This document shows, one piece after another, positions 59,496 through 64,000 of a stretch of DNA of 64,000 nt (position 1 is the stretch's first letter; each line of letters begins with the position of its first letter). The notes under the pieces are model-generated. The model saw only the letters and a program-made list of their open reading frames with translations. It was not told where the DNA came from and made no database searches. The stretch is from IMG/VR virus record IMGVR_UViG_3300042386_001233, positions 124,001 through 188,000 of that record. One strand, 5' to 3'. Made by a program: the position numbers and the translations under genes.

Positions 59496-60611
59496 CAACC
59501 TGTTCGCTCTGAGGATATTCTTTGATAGTCCATCCTAGCTGTAGTAAGTCTGATCGAATTTCATCAGTAACAAAACTCTCCCCAACATATCCATCATGAT
59601 GATTACCTATTCCAGAACAATACCAATCAATATAACTCTCTCCCTTATTTCTTATATCTGCAATAACACCCCCAGCATATCTCCAAGAACAACTCCATTC
59701 TTCATCATTCTTGTAGAATAAATTATTGCACATGGCGGAATATAAATTTTGGCTGTAAGATTCGCTGTTAACACATTTGTCTGTAATATAATCCGATTTG
59801 ATAAGATCGTGTTCTAAACTAACTGTTCTCATGACCACAACTCCTTACGGATTTTAATTAGTTCAATGAGCATTTTTGTATCTTCTTTTTCGTAGTCTGC
59901 TTCAATCTTTTCAAGCTTTTTAAATTCCAGTAGTTCTTTTTTAGATATCTTTCCACCCATCAAGTTGTCTTCTTTATTCTGATCCCAGTTTAATCCAGCA
60001 ACAGTCATTGGTTCTGGTCGATTAGGACGATCTTTCCACCAGAGATAAAGTTCTTTAATCTTTTGTGCAGAGATGGCTTGGTGGGTTGGTTTTCCGTACT
60101 TTGGGTCTTTTTTATCTACTCCCCAATCTTTGGTATACTTTAAAGAACAAGCCCACTTTAGATAAGCTAATCCTGCTTCAATTGATCGACCATGTTTGAA
60201 CTTGTATTTTTTAGTACCTTTTTTAAGAGACCATTTTGCTAGGTGTGCATATTCAATCTCTACAAAATCCACAAGCTCATTAAATAACCCATGAAGAATT
60301 CTATAATCAAGCTCATAGTAATGTCCTGGCTTTAGTCTAGTTTTTAGATAGTGTGTTTTAGTTATCCAACGATTGTTGATATAGTATCTAATCTCAGTGT
60401 AAACGTCCACAGGAAACATGATCAAATCCTGTAGTTTAGGTAATACTTCTTCTGCCAGCCAATATCTTACTGGTCTTTTCTTTTTTTGTTTTTTATTCCA
60501 TTCGTCCCATTTGCCCCACTCTAAAGCAAAGGGTTTCTTCTCTCCGCGAATAAAATCCGCGAACCTAGAACAATTCCAATGATGAACTCTTGATTTTGGT
60601 CTTAGCCACAT
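59485..60611 (-). CDS. two conserved phage hypothetical proteins (59485-59838, 59829-60611)
   Basis: YSQNLYSAMCNN...WSCSWR.AGG...YIDWYCSG; HYWxCS-like N-terminus...ELYLWW...RP...MLIELIKIR..LW. Confidence 0.6.
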
Positions 60612-61413
60612 AATTTATTCCTGTACTTTAGTTCCAATATCATAAGGATATCCATCTTCTACTTCTTCACTATAAGTATCTTCATAATGATTATCCCACC
60701 AAGGAATTTTACTATCTGGTAATGTACTCATGATTAAAATTGAAATTCTTTTAGGATATTTAATATTCGTCGTGCTAATGCAGCACCACCGACAATTCTA
60801 CCATCATTATAATCTTCACCATATCCAGCACTAGCCTCATGATCTTTTTGTGCTTTGATCTTTTGGTTACACAATTTCATAATTTCAAGTATGCTAGTTT
60901 TTTCTTTGTCGTTCATACAAATAATCTATCCTGCAATAGTTTTCTAACTGTTTCTGTTACATTAATCCCATTAAGTATAATGTCGTCAGAGCCATAAGGA
61001 TTACTTGGCATCTTTTTAGCAACCGTATTGTATAGCCAAAATATAACAAACCGCTCATTTTCTGTCACAGAATGGCCTCCTTGGTTTCCTCATCAAGAAC
61101 AGGATTATCAAAAGATTCTATTAGTCTTTGTAGGGTAACTTTAAGATCTTCTAAGCCTTCTTCCATAATTCTAATAGGTTCTTCTGTCCAGCCTTTTACT
61201 TTCCCATCTTCATCATAATAAACTTCATGGATAGCATAATAAATACTGTCATCATCAATATGTCTAATTATTCTATGATTCCACATGATATAATCCTTTG
61301 TATTAAAGCAGAATTGGTTTTGGTCATTTACGAAAACTTTTCTGCAAACAAAACCTACGGCTGTTGATTATTGAGGATACCCGCGACCCCAACCTTTCGG
61401 CATCAACATTTTA

Positions 61414-61441
61414 ATTATACTACCCGATACTAGACTGTCAA
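61414..61441 (-). promoter_or_regulatory. sigma70 promoter followed by a structured leader
   Basis: TTGACA-N16-TATAAT. Confidence 0.75.
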
Positions 61442-62041
61442 TAGTTCAGTTTCCAATTCGTTTAAACATCTGAAATCCGTACCACTTATATTCATATTCC
61501 AACTCTTATGATAATGACCAAATCGCCATTTCTTAGGTTGATGAATATTAAATAGCTCTTGCAAAGCCCATCCTGTTAGGTTCTCATATTTTCTTTGGTT
61601 GGAATCTAGTATTTGTAAACTAACTTCGTCTGGACAATCATGAGTTAAAACAATATCAGGCTTGATCTGTCTATAAAGCTCTCTGGCCTTCAAGAATTGA
61701 TCAATAGTAACCTGTTCTTGCTGCCACCAATTTATTCCAATAGTTCGATCTTGACGATCAATACTATAGGCTCCACGATAAAAAAAGAAGGATATTCCAT
61801 TCAATGTGGTAAAACCATAATCTCCCAAGTAATGAGGAATATGAATAATCCTATCATAATGATCATGATTTCCTCCTATGATCTTGTGTTTTTCATCGTC
61901 CACATTAAATACTGTACCATAATCAAAACCAAAATCTCCTAATTGAATAGTATATGGATGACGATCTTTTTCTCTGATAATTTCATGGTAGCGTTTATAT
62001 TTACCATGAACGTCGCCAATAAGAGTTATTGAATCTTTCAT
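61430..62041 (-). CDS. calcineurin-like metallophosphoesterase
   Basis: IGDVHG, QLGDFG, GGNHD, GAYSID, LTHDCP, FGHYH. Confidence 0.9.
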   Translation of the reverse strand: MKDSITLIGDVHGKYKRYHEIIREKDRHPYTIQLGDFGFDYGTVFNVDDEKHKIIGGNHDHYDRIIHIPHYLGDYGFTTLNGISFFFYRGAYSIDRQDRTIGINWWQQEQVTIDQFLKARELYRQIKPDIVLTHDCPDEVSLQILDSNQRKYENLTGWALQELFNIHQPKKWRFGHYHKSWNMNISGTDFRCLNELETELLTV

Positions 62042-62505
62042 ACTCCATCCAAAGGATCGTTTTCATAAGGATAACTAAACGGCCCTAAAACACTTTTTCT
62101 TTTTTCTTTCAGTAAATCAATTACATCATTGAAGCACGACTCGCACAGATCAACCTCAAATCTTGATCCATCATTCTTTGAGCCATATCCCCAACAAGAT
62201 TCAAGAGTGGCATAATCTGGCCCAACATCTGGATAGTTAGTGGTACTTTTCCCACAAGCATCACATGAAACGTCATCAAGAACTTTTCTAATTTCTTCTT
62301 TAAATGTTCTCATTACCATCTTCGTGACGGGTCACGCCTTTTTGGTTTCTTATTTTTAAGTTTAGTCATAGACCAACCGTATGGTACTGTATTGTATTGA
62401 CTTTTAGAAAGGCCAATATATTCTGCCCAGTAATCCATAGTTTTTTTGTATCCATCAATAATAACGTCTTTGGAACAAGTTTTCTTCAACAAATCTTCAA
62501 AACTC

Positions 62506-62667
62506 TTAGCCATTGTTAATAATCTCCAGAATAGTTTCTGCTAGTGTTGAACGCCCAACAATTCGTCCATCCTCATAAGGATCATTATAACTAGATTTTT
62601 GACTCCAACATTGCATAATACCCAAGCACATTCGCCTAATTTCTTCCAGTTTTTCTTCTTTAGTCAT
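62506..62667 (-). CDS. small hypothetical protein (not in ORF track), paralog of 60734-60916
   Basis: Manual translation MTKEEKLEEIRRMC...DPYEDGRIVGRSTLAETILEIINNG*. Confidence 0.6.
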   Translation of the reverse strand: MTKEEKLEEIRRMCLGIMQCWSQKSSYNDPYEDGRIVGRSTLAETILEIINNG

Positions 62668-63175
62668 TTTCTACCTCTGTTGGAATATAGAGCGGTTGTT
62701 TAATATTGCATCGTCCAAGAGCAATTCTAACGCCCAGCTTTTTATTATAGTTTTCTTTCTTGCTACAAATAGCCAGCCCTTCGTAATGATCACCAGATGG
62801 ACTGTCAATTACAATTTGAGTTGATCCACCTTTAGTATCTGGATCAACAGGCCCATAACCATGATCTCCACTAGGCTTGCTACCTACTTGCCACTTATAG
62901 TAGCCGTTATAAAGACGATTATGAAGAACCCTAACCTTGTAGCCATCATTACGAAGCTGTTGAATTGTCATATTTTCTCCAATTTATTAATGTAGACCAC
63001 AAACTTCCACTGTACGAGTGATAATAATAGTATTATATTCCTGCAAAAAACTATTTAGATCATCTTGTTTAATAACTAGTTCACAGTTATTCTGACCGAT
63101 AAAATACTTGTCAAGCAAATTTTGAACTTTTTGTTGAACTGTTGGACTCATTAGATTTTCTCCAAGGTATGCCCT

Positions 63176-63216
63176 AGTATACTACAGTATCGGCGTTTGT
63201 CAACAACCAACTTTAA
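63176..63216 (-). promoter_or_regulatory. interlocked sigma70 + sigma28-like promoter
   Basis: TTGACA-N16-TATACT with TTAAAG-N16-GCCGATAC. Confidence 0.8.
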
Positions 63217-63651
63217 AAATCAGCTAGGAACTTTTTCTTTGTAGTCCTTTACTTCTGCTATGAGTTTTTTCAGTTTTTCATTATCTTTCAAATCAGATAA
63301 CGTATAGTTAACTCTACGATTTTGTCTAGAGTCTGGATTCATGTCGCCCAAAAACAAAATACTAATAGCTAAACCGGAACTAACAATTAAAGTAATTATT
63401 AGCCCTGCAAAAAAAATAAACATTTCCATGATTAATCTCCCTTATAAGAGAATAGATTACCAAGACTAAGAATACTAGGAACCCACAAACCTACAAAAAG
63501 TCCACTATCTTTAGCCTCTGGCATACCACTGAACCAAAGACCAACACTAAGAGCAAAGCTCAAAAAAGCAGCAACCAAAACACTAATCTTAAAAACGCTC
63601 ATAATAAAACTCCGGTTTGTGTTTGTTAAAATAACCTTTCGATACCCTTGC

Positions 63652-63685
63652 ATTATACATCGTCATACTCAGCAGTCAACTTGAA
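63652..63685 (-). promoter_or_regulatory. sigma70 promoter with overlapping sigma28-like boxes
   Basis: TTGACT-N16-TATAAT; TTCAAG-N15-GACGATGT. Confidence 0.65.
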
Positions 63686-63931
63686 TTTTTAGGTATTGTC
63701 CTTATAAAGACCAACGCTCACTCCAGAATCAGCACTTTGATAATACTCTCCCTTACGATATTCTGGAAAATCAACTTCATTGACCCCAAATCCTATCCTA
63801 AGATACTCATTAGCATGAATCTCTCCCTGAAAATAATCGTCAAATACTTTCACTTGTTCGATAGTTGAATTTCTAGCCACAATAAAAACCCATCTCATGT
63901 AAATTTCTCCAAAAGGCAGTCTTTAGCGTAA

Positions 63932-63959
63932 ATTATACCACGTTTAACTGGAGGGTCAA
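63932..63959 (-). promoter_or_regulatory. sigma70 promoter
   Basis: TTGACC-N16-TATAAT. Confidence 0.65.
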
Positions 63960-64000
63960 CTGGATTTTCAAATTTATTGACAGATTTTACAACCCATCCA

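Larger units (their letters stand above)
62038..63898 (-). other. run of small hypothetical ORFs, several membrane-type
   Basis: ORFs 62038-62319, 62313-62513, 62660-62971, 63220-63429, 63432-~63603 and 63689-63898. Confidence 0.5.

Noticed and set aside
61287-61410. Hammerhead ribozyme or c-di-GMP riboswitch
   Set aside because: UUGAUG...GAAA lacks the CUGANGA core and stem II geometry; no GCAAA/GGC c-di-GMP-I core
63085-63115. TTGACA with nearby ATCGG
   Set aside because: Lies within a short ORF (MSPTVQQKVQNLLDKY...) and has no properly spaced -10
1-64000. Stop-codon reassignment, as in some jumbo phages
   Set aside because: Known genes are full length in the standard code and end in TAA, TAG or TGA; no suppressor tRNA seen
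1-64000. Specific host assignment
   Set aside because: Sigma28-like promoters and AT-codon tRNAs hint at a flagellated, higher-GC host, but no taxon can be supported without searches

Overview
AT-rich, gene-dense segment of what looks like a large (jumbo-type) dsDNA bacteriophage genome. Nearly all genes are on the minus strand, except one plus-strand block at 16.75-23.07 kb. No capsid, terminase or tail genes fall in the window, so the phage call rests on rIIA/rIIB, ATP-dependent ligase, ThyX, free-standing homing endonucleases, many tiny ORFs and phage-style RNA genes. The left half encodes ClpP, a sigma factor, a degenerate bacterioferritin, GMP reductase and about 18 sugar-synthesis or glycosyltransferase genes (including glf, a DegT aminotransferase, Fringe-like GT31 and GT60-like enzymes). 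It also holds an apparent operon: membrane protein, volactin-like actin, three Thr/Pro mucin-like stalk proteins, HNH, trypsin, subtilisin. The right half holds RuvB with a Zn-ribbon/RuvA-CTD partner, a RepB-type primase, rIIAB, repair and nucleotide genes, tmRNA, tRNA-Ile(UAU), a group I intron-split tRNA-Leu(UAA), an unexplained 80-nt tRNA-like RNA and dozens of small early-type ORFs. Many right-half genes are preceded by interlocked sigma70 + sigma28-like double promoters. Best candidate new systems: (1) phage protein O-glycosylation of mucin-like lectin stalks, co-transcribed with an actin; (2) RuvB retargeted by a Zn-ribbon/RuvA-CTD adaptor; (3) the interlocked dual promoters; (4) the mini tmRNA-like RNA. 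All family assignments come from motif recognition by eye, not database searches.
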